64,000 bases of DNA from a virus (Duplodnaviria; Caudoviricetes): positions 1-64,000 of IMG/VR virus record IMGVR_UViG_2881096153_000005; one strand, 5' to 3'. Positions 29,989 to 39,408 of this stretch are shown here, one piece after another (the stretch's first letter is position 1; every line of letters starts with the position of its first letter). Made by a program: the position numbers and the translations under genes. The notes under the pieces are model-generated. The model was given only the letters and a program-made list of their open reading frames with translations, had not been told where the DNA came from and did not search any database.

Positions 29989-30063
29989 GTTGTGTTTTTA
30001 AAATATCAGTTGTAATATTCAACCACTATTTTATAAATTTGAATCGTGGTTGTATTTAACAAC
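29989..30063. promoter_or_regulatory. Repressor operators and early promoter
   Basis: GTTG-N7-CAAC at 30009-30023 and 30049-30063, half-site at 29989; TAAATTTG -7 box at 30034-30041. Confidence 0.7.
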
Positions 30064-30081
30064 TATCATTCATATTTATGA

Positions 30082-30432
30082 ATGCAAAATAACACAATAG
30101 GACAAGTGTCACAACACGTAGAATTACTTGATATGGCTGAACGGACAGATCCAATGCTAATCGGCATTGAGGGTAAACGAGCGAGACGTCAAAGGATTAA
30201 GGAGCTAATTTCCACGGTTAAAGGCAATCGTGGTTGGCGGAAAGGTTTCACCGATCGCTATCCGGCCTTTGACAGTTTGTCCGGGAGTAGCTTACTAACT
30301 CTTGCTCAGCAAGGACGGACAGATGATCCAGAACTTCTGAAAGCAATAGAAGAGTGGATACCCTTCGTGATTGAAACGCAACCTGACTGGTTCATCAAGC
30401 AAAATCACCTCAGAAACCCTCCAATCGTATGA
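30082..30432 (+). CDS. First early gene (Cro position), function unclear
   Basis: Position opposite cI. Confidence 0.6.
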   Translation: MQNNTIGQVSQHVELLDMAERTDPMLIGIEGKRARRQRIKELISTVKGNRGWRKGFTDRYPAFDSLSGSSLLTLAQQGRTDDPELLKAIEEWIPFVIETQPDWFIKQNHLRNPPIV

Positions 30433-30758
30433 CCACTATTTCAATTTCCCTTCCGGAAGAGCAGCTCGAAAAGCAAGATATGCTTTTGGATGCGACGCAG
30501 GCACTTTTGGCCGAAATGCGTTCGCAGGTATGGTTGACCGAAGAAGAAGCAGCTGCACACTTCAAGGTAAGCAAAAGCACCTTTCGCCGGTGGCTTGTCG
30601 ATGGGTGGATTCGGCACTACAAGTACGACGGTGTGTTGCGGTTCAACCGTCGTGAGTTGGATGAAGATTTCAGCCGGAAAGCACTTGTGCGGGCTGCCAA
30701 TGAGCCACTCCTACGAAAAATGCCTTTGCCTAACGCTCGTAAACAAGCTGCCCAATGA
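30429..30758 (+). CDS. Excisionase-like HTH DNA-binding protein
   Basis: WLTEEEAAAHFKVSKSTFRRW...G.LRFNRREL. Confidence 0.75.
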   Translation: MTTISISLPEEQLEKQDMLLDATQALLAEMRSQVWLTEEEAAAHFKVSKSTFRRWLVDGWIRHYKYDGVLRFNRRELDEDFSRKALVRAANEPLLRKMPLPNARKQAAQ

Positions 30759-30859
30759 TATATATCGCTCTCTACATCGCTGCCTACCTGGGCGTGCTGG
30801 CCTTTGGCCGGTGGATCGTGCTTGACATGGCGAAAAACAACAATAAGTCAATCAATTAA
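30755..30859 (+). CDS. 34-aa membrane peptide (not in the ORF track)
   Basis: ATGA overlap with the previous gene; MIYIALYIAAYLGVLAFGRWIVLDMAKNNNKSIN. Confidence 0.45.
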   Translation: MIYIALYIAAYLGVLAFGRWIVLDMAKNNNKSIN

Positions 30860-30885
30860 TTCACCTATACCTATCAATTAAGCAC

Positions 30886-31338
30886 ATGATAGAATTATTC
30901 ACCCCTGTTACAATACCCCCGAGCGCCAGAGGAGTAGGCGCAGGTCTGCCAGCCTCGATCACGATCAGGACCACTGGTAAAATCAGTTTCAACCGCGACG
31001 CCATAAATACCTTTTTCCAGACAGGAGCTAAAACGGCGATCTTCGGAAAACTGGAAGAAGACATGCTCTTCATCCCGTCTTTGGAAAATGGCTACACGCT
31101 TCGGGCGAATAAGAGTGGTATTCTGGAATTCTCAAATATCACCCTGGCCGAAAAGCTGATCGCCGCTATTCCGAAACGGTTGCAAAATCAGGATGCCAAC
31201 TGCTATCGCATCAGGATCGCTGCGCAGCCGATGGACATTGAGGAACCGTCGCTGCCGAAAGGCACCAAAATATTTTCGATTCTGACCAGCAGCGCCGTGG
31301 CTTTACTGCCTCCCGCCAAAAAAACGGCAAAGTCATGA
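30886..31338 (+). CDS. Hypothetical early protein
   Basis: ORF preceded by CAATTAAGCA. Confidence 0.65.
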   Translation: MIELFTPVTIPPSARGVGAGLPASITIRTTGKISFNRDAINTFFQTGAKTAIFGKLEEDMLFIPSLENGYTLRANKSGILEFSNITLAEKLIAAIPKRLQNQDANCYRIRIAAQPMDIEEPSLPKGTKIFSILTSSAVALLPPAKKTAKS

Positions 31339-31676
31339 GCAGAATCGCACAACGTCAAAAAAGCCTGTCCGAGAATATCGAAAGATTTCGGACGTCAGGC
31401 GGGAACGAAACAGCCGAGCGGGCTTCGCTTAGCTCCATTCTTAGGGATATGCACTTTCTCGCAATCCCGCCGAGCTCACTGATTACGGTGCAGGATCGTA
31501 AAGCTAACCTACTGAATTTGTTGGATGATGCGGGTAGTGGCCGCACGGTTGAGAGCATCGAGAGTGATAGGAAAGTTTCCTATCCCTGCGCCAGCTGCGG
31601 GAAACCGCACCCTACGCCTCAGGCCCGCGCCGCCCATGGACGTTTTTGCAAGAAAGGAGGGCGTGATGGACAATGA
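31335..31676 (+). CDS. Early protein with C-terminal C2HC-type zinc finger
   Basis: CASCGK...HGRFC. Confidence 0.6.
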   Translation: MSRIAQRQKSLSENIERFRTSGGNETAERASLSSILRDMHFLAIPPSSLITVQDRKANLLNLLDDAGSGRTVESIESDRKVSYPCASCGKPHPTPQARAAHGRFCKKGGRDGQ

Positions 31677-31899
31677 GAATCAGGGCATTGTACGTGGGCT
31701 GCATACTCAGTTGCTTTTGTTGGCCGGAGCGAAGGCGCTGTTTCCAGAGATCTGCGAGAAGCTCACCCCAAACGACGAGAATGGGAAGCCGTTTATCAAT
31801 ATCTATACGATGAAGGAGCTGATAGATGCAGCCTTTGAAGCGATGGAAAATCAGGTACACAATGCACCAAATTACTTAGAGCGATGGGAAAATCTGTAA
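31666..31899 (+). CDS. Hypothetical early protein
   Basis: Start at ATG 31666, coupled to the previous gene. Confidence 0.5.
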   Translation: MDNENQGIVRGLHTQLLLLAGAKALFPEICEKLTPNDENGKPFINIYTMKELIDAAFEAMENQVHNAPNYLERWENL

Positions 31900-32174
31900 G
31901 TAAATCTGTCGAAGTGTGGATTCCTTCGGAGAACATCCGGGAAACGGAATATCTGTATGAGGTGACAGAAACGATTAGTGCCGATGGTATGCCTCGCATG
32001 GAGCAGGTGCATTTGGGGACGGTGTATCAGGATCCGAATACGCAGCACTACATGGCCTATGTGGCGCGTCCTACTCCGGGTAAACATCTGGTAGCATTTT
32101 GGAACCTTGAAAGTGCCAAATGTGCATTGACATTCGAACTATGTAAGGGTCAAGACGATGGAAAATTACTATGA
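31884..32174 (+). CDS. Hypothetical early protein
   Basis: Overlapping operon structure. Confidence 0.55.
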   Translation: MGKSVSKSVEVWIPSENIRETEYLYEVTETISADGMPRMEQVHLGTVYQDPNTQHYMAYVARPTPGKHLVAFWNLESAKCALTFELCKGQDDGKLL

Positions 32175-32413
32175 ACGAAGAGCCAGGAACAACGCCCGGA
32201 CGAGCCTGGGCAAACGAGCTCTGCGCAAGGCTCGAACAGCGCTCGAAGCAATTTTCGTTTTGGGAAGCAGCCTACGAGGACTCCTTGGGTCGAACGTGGT
32301 GGGTCGTGTGGGACCGATGGGGCTGCACCCGAAACGGGATCAAGAAGAAAATGCAAAGCGCACTTAATTATTATCTCGAAACGCCCATTCCTGGGCAAGA
32401 GGAAAGTCAATAG
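32171..32413 (+). CDS. Hypothetical early protein
   Basis: ATGA overlap with the previous gene. Confidence 0.5.
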   Translation: MNEEPGTTPGRAWANELCARLEQRSKQFSFWEAAYEDSLGRTWWVVWDRWGCTRNGIKKKMQSALNYYLETPIPGQEESQ

Positions 32414-32430
32414 ATAGAGGGTTTAGGATT

Positions 32431-32686
32431 TGGGGGGTGGGCTGCCTATCAGGCCACGGGGCATTCGGGAAAAGGCCCAGGTCCGGTTCGAGTCCGGGAA
32501 TGCCACGAGTTTTTGATTATTGGTTAAAAGGAGGTTTGAAACGTGGGGGGTGGGCTGCCTAACAGGCCACGGTTGGGGGTGTCGGGACTATGGGCCCGCT
32601 GGCGATTCGCGATCGCCCATTCCGCAGGGTAGGACAGACCTACATGAGTGCCCAGGAACCCGAAGTGGAGTAACGTCCGCTTCGGG
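32431..32686 (+). ncRNA. Two tandem leader + anticodon-less tRNA-like units, then further hairpins
   Basis: 29-nt direct repeat (32431, 32544), each followed by an acceptor-like stem, GGG/CCC hairpin and TTCG-loop arm. Confidence 0.5.
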
Positions 32687-32729
32687 GAAAGGGGAAGTTT
32701 TTGTTGATTGTAATTACCGAAGCACCTAA

Positions 32730-34223
32730 ATGAGTAGACTAATCCGCATTGAAACCTCGGATGCGTATTCGAGGTTTCTGAACGCCTTTCGCCAGTACAA
32801 TGCTAATTGCCCAGTGGAGACCCACGAGCGCAAACGTACCACGAAAGATGGAGACGCTTTCACGCAGACGGTTCCGAGGAAAGTTGGGATATTAAAAGAA
32901 AGCCTGAAAGTCACCTTTTACAACGTCCTGACGGAGTACATCTATGCCTACAATACGTCGATGAAGAATATGCCGGAAGGCATGTACACGCAAGCCGACC
33001 CGCCGGGCGTGCTGACGAACTGCGTTCACCTGGCCTGGCTGTGCGATTGCAGCGACCGAACCGTTCGGAATCACCTGGATCGTTTGAGAGAATTGGGCTT
33101 CATAAGGACGAAATTTCGTGGCCGGAAACACGATTTTCAGCTGTGGATAAGTAGCGAAATCCTGTTTGGCGGAGAGGGCGAAAATTTTGAAAAAATGCCC
33201 CAAAACGGCCTTCCTGAGGGGGTTTCTAAAAATTTTCCGCCTAATAATACTCACAGAGAGTATATAGAAAAAGAAAAAGGGAATGCGGATTTGTTGATTA
33301 AACACGGAGAGAACATTTACGGAGAGAGGGGTCGGACTGACCAGGGGGACACAGCCCCATCAAACGCTTCGGAGAATGCCGAGCTGGAAGTACAGAGAGG
33401 GAGAGGTTCCGGCGGGGGGCGCGGCGAGATCGTGGCCGCAAACGCCGAAATGCGCCAAAGCCGGGCCAATGAAATGCTTTCGAAGCGAAATCCACGAACT
33501 CCACGCAATTTGCACCCGCGGCTCCGGGAAATGCTCGTCGAATTTTGGCTTTATGCCTGGAAAGTAGTCTACACTGGACGGGATTTCAGCCACGAACAAC
33601 AGGAAAAGGCCATGCTTGCGATCATGGCCGGCGTTTACAACAACTTCTCCCCGGCCCGATCAGAGGCCGAATGGGTCGATTTTCAGACTTACCAACTGGG
33701 CAAGCTCGACAAGGCTGCCCGCTACTACGACCACCATCCGGATGCTTACAAACCTGATCCCTATGCGGTGCAGGTAGCTGGAAAGGGCTATTTCGATGCC
33801 GAAAACGTGAAAGGTTTTATCGGGATTGATGCCTGGGTGAAGAAAGATGCCCTGAAAGATCTGAATAACAAAGCTGCCTATGCCGAACGGAAAGAAGCGA
33901 AGATCCGCCGGTGCGAAGGTCTGCTCCGGACTGCCCGGCGTGATTTTGAAAAGCTGCATGCTGGTATTAAGCCCAGGAAAGAAGTGGCCGAGAAGACCGA
34001 AATCGGGCTGTTTCAGTACTGGAAGGTGATCATGGAAGCGCAGGGAGACGCCTGGCTTCGGAAGTTTGCGAGCCAGTACATCGAGCAGAAAGGAAAGAAT
34101 TTTGAACCGCCTAAGTATCTCAAAAGCAAACGTCTGCGCTACAAAGCTGGCGAAATGAAGCAGGAAGTCGTGGTGTATGTCGAAGACTACATGAATGATG
34201 GAGAAGGCTACTATACCGAGTAA
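32730..34223 (+). CDS. Putative replication initiator / origin-binding protein
   Basis: wHTH LAWLCDCSDRTVRNHLDRLRELGFI, flexible linker, helical C-terminus; position in the early operon. Confidence 0.6.
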   Translation: MSRLIRIETSDAYSRFLNAFRQYNANCPVETHERKRTTKDGDAFTQTVPRKVGILKESLKVTFYNVLTEYIYAYNTSMKNMPEGMYTQADPPGVLTNCVHLAWLCDCSDRTVRNHLDRLRELGFIRTKFRGRKHDFQLWISSEILFGGEGENFEKMPQNGLPEGVSKNFPPNNTHREYIEKEKGNADLLIKHGENIYGERGRTDQGDTAPSNASENAELEVQRGRGSGGGRGEIVAANAEMRQSRANEMLSKRNPRTPRNLHPRLREMLVEFWLYAWKVVYTGRDFSHEQQEKAMLAIMAGVYNNFSPARSEAEWVDFQTYQLGKLDKAARYYDHHPDAYKPDPYAVQVAGKGYFDAENVKGFIGIDAWVKKDALKDLNNKAAYAERKEAKIRRCEGLLRTARRDFEKLHAGIKPRKEVAEKTEIGLFQYWKVIMEAQGDAWLRKFASQYIEQKGKNFEPPKYLKSKRLRYKAGEMKQEVVVYVEDYMNDGEGYYTE

Positions 34224-34263
34224 TTACCAGTCAATTTATACAACTCAATTAAGCAAAAAAACA

Positions 34264-34605
34264 ATGAAAGGACGTCAAAAATTCGGGAACAATCCTCGCC
34301 CGCCGCTGAGCGAAAACGACCGGGCAGAGCTGATCGACACAAGCATGGCCTGTATGGTAGTGCAGTTTCACAACAATGCCAGCCAGGTGAAGCGCTGGTC
34401 GAAATGTAAGCAGCGCAAGCACCGCCACATTGGTGATGCGGTGAATTACCTGATGTGGCTCGTGAATGAGTATGAACCGTGGTCGGGCTGCGTGGCCAGT
34501 GCAGCGATTTTCGACACGCAGCACACAAAAACCACCGGTGCAGGTAATAAGGTGTATCAGTACGAAAAAGGCAGTTGGAAACTAGTTAACCCGATCAGCT
34601 GGTAA
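34264..34605 (+). CDS. Hypothetical protein
   Basis: Start at ATG 34264 after CAATTAAGCA. Confidence 0.55.
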   Translation: MKGRQKFGNNPRPPLSENDRAELIDTSMACMVVQFHNNASQVKRWSKCKQRKHRHIGDAVNYLMWLVNEYEPWSGCVASAAIFDTQHTKTTGAGNKVYQYEKGSWKLVNPISW

Positions 34606-34784
34606 TGAAAAAACCCTTCCTACGCCACGGCTGTGATTTTTTGGTTGTTACCAACCCCGATCGAAGAATCCCTGCGGATGATGTTTTCCAGATCGTTGAT
34701 CTGCCCATTGAAAAAGTAGAGCCGGACCTTCATTGGATACCGTCCGTAGCATTTATTGTTCTTTCACTCAATTAAGCAAATAGC

Positions 34785-35126
34785 ATGGAACCAATTAAAA
34801 TAAAAATTAACTCCTGGCATGTGCAGCATGTGCTGCACTTCTGTGAAAATGCAGCTGCTATGGCCAACAACCCCAATGCCGCTGACGACCTGATTGTGCT
34901 GGCCGAATACAGCCCGAAAATGAGGACAGTGTATTACAGCAAGGGCCTGAAAGGTAAAAAATTGAGCACGGTTTCAATACCGGTATCCATTGCCCGGATT
35001 ATCCACCGGCGCTGGCAGCAAGGCAAGGTCACGCAGGAAATGCAGGAAATACTATCGGCGATTGATTACGAGCTCACGGCCCGGAACCTGAAACCCGATC
35101 CATCGAAATGTCGAATTGATTTTTAA
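34785..35126 (+). CDS. Hypothetical protein
   Basis: ORF after CAATTAAGCA. Confidence 0.6.
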   Translation: MEPIKIKINSWHVQHVLHFCENAAAMANNPNAADDLIVLAEYSPKMRTVYYSKGLKGKKLSTVSIPVSIARIIHRRWQQGKVTQEMQEILSAIDYELTARNLKPDPSKCRIDF

Positions 35127-35147
35127 CTAACTAACCGATTAAGCAAG

Positions 35148-35474
35148 ATGAAAGTACACATTAATGAAGCGCAGGCGGTGTGGGTGGTGTCGGAGGAAGA
35201 GTTGATTGAACGGGGCTTTGTGCTTGCCCCCGATGAATATAAGCGCTACCGGGACGAGCGCGTGTGGATCCACCCAGGGTGGAAGAGTCCGGAGGGATTT
35301 TTCCCAACACTCTCCCACGTAGGGAGCTACTACCACGCCACGATCGGCTGCCTGCAATGGAAGATCCGGACGCGGCAGGATCTGAAACGTTTTCTGTCTC
35401 GTAACGTGCATCCGTTTTGTAATTTGAGGTTGAAACAGGTTCGGGTATTGCAGGAAGGAGGTGTGGCATGCTGA
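35148..35474 (+). CDS. Hypothetical protein
   Basis: ORF after CGATTAAGCA. Confidence 0.55.
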   Translation: MKVHINEAQAVWVVSEEELIERGFVLAPDEYKRYRDERVWIHPGWKSPEGFFPTLSHVGSYYHATIGCLQWKIRTRQDLKRFLSRNVHPFCNLRLKQVRVLQEGGVAC

Positions 35475-35704
35475 TTGAACTATGCTATCCGCAGATTTCA
35501 TTCGGAATTAAGGCCTTAGAAGTCACCGAAGAAAAATGGGAAGAAATCCAGAACATGACCGAAGCCAAAAAGGCTGAGTACATCAACGAAAATCTTAATG
35601 AGAGTGAGCAGGATTGGTCATTTGGTGTACGGAATATCCGTGACGCTCTCAATGCCGAGTATGCATGGATTAAACCAAAAGTAGCCCCTGACCTAACACC
35701 CTAA
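35468..35704 (+). CDS. Hypothetical protein
   Basis: Coupled ORF. Confidence 0.5.
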   Translation: MLIELCYPQISFGIKALEVTEEKWEEIQNMTEAKKAEYINENLNESEQDWSFGVRNIRDALNAEYAWIKPKVAPDLTP

Positions 35705-35853
35705 AACCAAACATTCTTCGGTCGGTTTTCCGGGAATTCTGAAAAACCCCTCCGGAGCCTGGTCAGATTGGCCCAGATCAGCCCCCGCAGCACCAGGTGC
35801 AGCAGCTGGGCAACCAAATAATGTTCTGTTTTCCAAATAATCAATTTTTAGTT

Positions 35854-36360
35854 ATGACTTACACAATTATTGCCGAAAGAGGTGACACCAAATTAGCTTT
35901 AATAGGTCCTAGCCCTGTAACAACATTAAACCGAATTCCCCTTTTCGAAATACAGATTGATGGTGACGAGTCTTTTATGAACCTCACAAAAGATGAAGCC
36001 AAAATGCTAGTAGATGTGCTATTGCCATGGATTGACGAAGGTAATTCAGGGAAATTGAGAGGTCCAATAAAAAGACACGCCCTAAAAACTGATAAAGGTT
36101 ACTTTGATAGAGTTTGGGCAGGCCAAAAAAACTTTGAATTGCGAAAAAATGACCGAGCCTTTCAGGTTGGTGATACATTACTTTTAAGAGAATATGATCC
36201 GGAAAATAGTAGCTATTCCGGTAGGGAAATTCTTGCTGGGGTCGATTTTATTTTTTCATCGCTGCCAGGTCTACAAGATGGGTACTGTATAATGAAGATT
36301 TTTATCGAAAAACAATACAAAGTTACTCCGGTAGAGATAGAAGGTAGGTTAACCAATTGA
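35854..36360 (+). CDS. DUF3850/ASCH (PUA-like) domain protein
   Basis: LKTDKGYFDRVWAGQKNFELRKNDRAFQVGDTLLLREY. Confidence 0.8.
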   Translation: MTYTIIAERGDTKLALIGPSPVTTLNRIPLFEIQIDGDESFMNLTKDEAKMLVDVLLPWIDEGNSGKLRGPIKRHALKTDKGYFDRVWAGQKNFELRKNDRAFQVGDTLLLREYDPENSSYSGREILAGVDFIFSSLPGLQDGYCIMKIFIEKQYKVTPVEIEGRLTN

Positions 36361-36560
36361 GCACTATGGCGAATAAAACTACCCTATCCGAACAAATCGC
36401 TGAAATAAAGCGTGAGCTGGCGATGCGGAAGAAAGTCTACCCGGATTGGAAACGGACTGGCAGGATTCACCCTAAGGAGGCTGACCACCGGATACAGGTA
36501 TTGGAAGATCTGCTCGAACGGTTGGAAGGGTTGCCTGGCAAACAGGGCGGATTGTTCTAA
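36357..36560 (+). CDS. Small phage protein
   Basis: EQIAEIKRELAMRKKVYP motif common in phages. Confidence 0.6.
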   Translation: MSTMANKTTLSEQIAEIKRELAMRKKVYPDWKRTGRIHPKEADHRIQVLEDLLERLEGLPGKQGGLF

Positions 36561-36720
36561 GTCCTTTGTCACCAGGTAGAGAGTAAGTAAATTAGAGACA
36601 TAAGAAAGCCCCCTGTTGTGCGGCAGGGGGCATGTGTCTTTTCACCGGGCAAGGTGGGGCGACGGAAACAGGAAATTGTTAGCAATGCTAATGTACTAAA
36701 TAGTAACTGATTTTTCCTGC

Positions 36721-37185
36721 ATGAAATTGTTGATTCCCGTCGAAGAACATGTGTACGAATTTTTGACGAGTAGCGAGATGCATGGGCCGCCGCCGCTCGA
36801 ACTTCGCCGCGATAGCCTGATCGGGCTGTTCGTGATTATGCTCGCCTCCAAAGGACCTACCGAGCTAAGCCATTTTTACCAGGGGCGGATATGCCCCACG
36901 GAAATCTCCTGTCCGAAATTGTTGGAGTGCCTGACGGAATTTCCGCTCCGGGCGGAGTTCCTGAAAGAAGATAACCTGATGTATGTCGGCAATGCGCTGT
37001 CGATGCTCTTTGAACACTCGGCACAGTTCTACACGCTCGGCTACATGCGTAGAAACGGGAGTGAGCGTGGTGGGTTGGCGGAGTTCTACCGGGAGTTTCG
37101 GATGCAGGACGACCCGATTAAGCAGGAAGCCCTTCGGGCGAAGTCGAAACGTTTCCGTGCAAGGAATCGCTTACGTGCAACTTAA
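36721..37185 (+). CDS. Hypothetical protein, candidate late-transcription activator
   Basis: Sits at the early/late boundary, has a basic C-terminal helix and is followed by a GTCCC repeat array; function is inference. Confidence 0.45.
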   Translation: MKLLIPVEEHVYEFLTSSEMHGPPPLELRRDSLIGLFVIMLASKGPTELSHFYQGRICPTEISCPKLLECLTEFPLRAEFLKEDNLMYVGNALSMLFEHSAQFYTLGYMRRNGSERGGLAEFYREFRMQDDPIKQEALRAKSKRFRARNRLRAT

Positions 37186-37257
37186 AAATCGTCCCATTTC
37201 ACTCAAAAATCGTCCCAAAGGGCAAAAATATTGTCCCAAAAACTCAAAAATCGTCCC
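37184..37257 (+). repeat. Four AAAAATCGTCCC-type direct repeats
   Basis: GTCCC at 37191, 37212, 37233, 37253 (21/21/20-bp period). Confidence 0.85.
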
Positions 37258-37265
37258 AGGCCAAA

Positions 37266-38324
37266 ATGATCGTACAAGAAGCAGTTTTAGGGGGCTATTC
37301 GGCCCCAAATGTCGGGTTTGTACAGTTGATTTTACTCGTACAACGGGAGTATGTTATGACGGTAGACCACCCCTACCGATACCGGCTCGATCGGCAAGAG
37401 ATACAGCTTCCGACCGACACCGGCTGCATCAGCTTTTATTCAGATGCGGTTTCTTACAAAATGGTATTCCCGCCCAAAGCCTGTACGTTCGCAATACTGC
37501 CGCTTGGTGGTGGAGCGTATCAAACGACGATCAACTACGACCTGCCGGGTACGGATGTCGGTTTGGTTTCGTTTGTTGAAGCCTCCAAGAACAAACAGTG
37601 GGTGGTGATCATGCTCGACAACAATGGGCGCACCTATATAATAGGTACGGAGGAGCAGGGCATGCGGCTGGACTGCAAGCAGGGAATATCGGCTATCTCC
37701 ATCACGAACCTAACCCTCCGAAGTAAGTTGAATCAGCCGGCCATGCAGGTGGCATCTATGTCAGGCTTCACCTTGCCCCTTTTGGAAATCGGCGGTTATC
37801 GTACCCCAAATATTGGCTGGGTACGCAAGCTGTACCTGCTGGATCACCGCGAGGTGGTGTCGGTGTTGGACCCGATCAGGCACCGCTACCCGAATGCACA
37901 GCCCGGTATGGTGCCGGTCGGTGGCCTGGCCACGTTGGTGGGTGCGAAGCTTACGCGGCTGATATTCCCACCAAGGGCTTGCACGGTGGCGGTGGAGTAT
38001 CGAGGGCCATACAACTCCTACACGATTAACTGTCAGCTGCCGGGCACGAGCGCCGAGCTGGCGCATTTCTACGAAATGGCCCGGCAGAAGCAGCACGTAT
38101 GCCTGCTGGAAGACAGCAATGGCAACGGCTTTATCCTGGGCAACGAGGAACGTGGCCTACGGCTCGAACTGTCACAAGCTGTAACGAATACTGCAATGAC
38201 CGACCTGCGGCTAGGCGGAATACAGAACGTACCGCCCTTTGCGCTCCTAGGCGGTCTCGTCCTTGCAGATTTGTTCGAGTCTACCGACTTTTCGGTCGAA
38301 TTCTCGCTAGATTTTAACGCTTAA
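37266..38324 (+). CDS. Structural protein made of two tandem tail-tube-like domains
   Basis: Internal duplication (GGY..PN.G.V ... FPP.AC ... LPGT ... D.NG..(Y/F)I.G.EE.G.RL); weak resemblance to 42898-43464. Confidence 0.55.
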   Translation: MIVQEAVLGGYSAPNVGFVQLILLVQREYVMTVDHPYRYRLDRQEIQLPTDTGCISFYSDAVSYKMVFPPKACTFAILPLGGGAYQTTINYDLPGTDVGLVSFVEASKNKQWVVIMLDNNGRTYIIGTEEQGMRLDCKQGISAISITNLTLRSKLNQPAMQVASMSGFTLPLLEIGGYRTPNIGWVRKLYLLDHREVVSVLDPIRHRYPNAQPGMVPVGGLATLVGAKLTRLIFPPRACTVAVEYRGPYNSYTINCQLPGTSAELAHFYEMARQKQHVCLLEDSNGNGFILGNEERGLRLELSQAVTNTAMTDLRLGGIQNVPPFALLGGLVLADLFESTDFSVEFSLDFNA

Positions 38325-38334
38325 CAGTACGACA

Positions 38335-39408
38335 ATGCCCTATTTTGAAAGCCTCGAACAGTTTATTGCCTCGGTGACTGCCAGGTTGAACAAGCCCCGG
38401 CGTGGCGTGTCCGGCTCGGAAGGCGTAACGGCTGCGGACTTTCGGGAAGCCATGATTGACACGGCTAAGCGTGCGGAAGATTTGATTCTGTTTGGACAGG
38501 AGAATATTGCACCGGCGATGGCCCTTATTACTCAACTGTATTCCTCATTCCCGAAAATTACGCTGGCAGCGCTCCGGGCCCTTGAATACGATCCGGACGC
38601 AAGCGATGCGCAACCGGCCTATCTGATTACGGATCTGGATGAGTTTTTCCGGTACGATGTAAGCGAAGCCGGAGCCGACAATGGCACCACGATTGTGGTG
38701 GATGCGGCAGATGGTCGATGGGTGCGTACCTCCCTTTTTCAGGCGGCATTTTCGGCCAAAAGCGTCTATGAACAATGGCTCGATGAAGGCAATATTGGTT
38801 CGTTTTCCGACATGATGGAGACACTTGTTGGGGAGCCTGGCTCGAATGGAGCAAGTGCTTATGCCTTATGGTTGGCGGATAATCCTGGCGGAACGCTCGA
38901 AGATTTTTTTCTGAGCTTAAAAGGAGATCCGGGCGAAGATGCTGATATAAGTTTCATTGATGGCGGTACCACCGGGCAGGTTTTGGCCAAGGCTTCGGCA
39001 GTGGATAAAGATGTGGAATGGATAGATCCACCTGTTCCAGATGCGAACCTTGGGCTAATTCAGGCAGTTCAGGGCGGAAGCTCGGTCACAATGACATCGG
39101 CAGATGTACAATATACAGGATGCAGTCTCACTTTAACACCTGGAACGTGGCTTGTTTCCGGAAGGATCGTATTTACCCGAAATTCCACCGGAATTTCGCA
39201 GTATCGAGCAGACATTAGCGGTGTTGGTGTTGCCGTTCCTACATGCTTTCAATCTTCTGTCAGCGTAAACCCTCACCAGGTTTCGATGCCGCTTATTGGA
39301 ATAATTACAGTAGCAAGCAGCACATCAATTAGCATCAAAGGCATGTCTAGCACGACTGGATGTTTGATTGTGTATAGTAATATTCAAGCCGTTAAAATAG
39401 CCCCATGA
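38335..39408 (+). CDS. Tail fibre/spike-like protein
   Basis: TLAALRAL..GRWVR head-binding motif, SAY..WL...G...DF..SLKG repeats, GGTTGQVLAK. Confidence 0.7.
   Translation: MPYFESLEQFIASVTARLNKPRRGVSGSEGVTAADFREAMIDTAKRAEDLILFGQENIAPAMALITQLYSSFPKITLAALRALEYDPDASDAQPAYLITDLDEFFRYDVSEAGADNGTTIVVDAADGRWVRTSLFQAAFSAKSVYEQWLDEGNIGSFSDMMETLVGEPGSNGASAYALWLADNPGGTLEDFFLSLKGDPGEDADISFIDGGTTGQVLAKASAVDKDVEWIDPPVPDANLGLIQAVQGGSSVTMTSADVQYTGCSLTLTPGTWLVSGRIVFTRNSTGISQYRADISGVGVAVPTCFQSSVSVNPHQVSMPLIGIITVASSTSISIKGMSSTTGCLIVYSNIQAVKIAP

Noticed and set aside
32460-32505. A functional tRNA gene
   Set aside because: Only about 46 nt with no anticodon arm and a 4-bp T-stem; kept as tRNA-like RNA instead
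37184-37257. CRISPR-like mini-array
   Set aside because: Repeats are about 12 bp with 8-9 bp spacers and no cas genes; fits protein-binding sites
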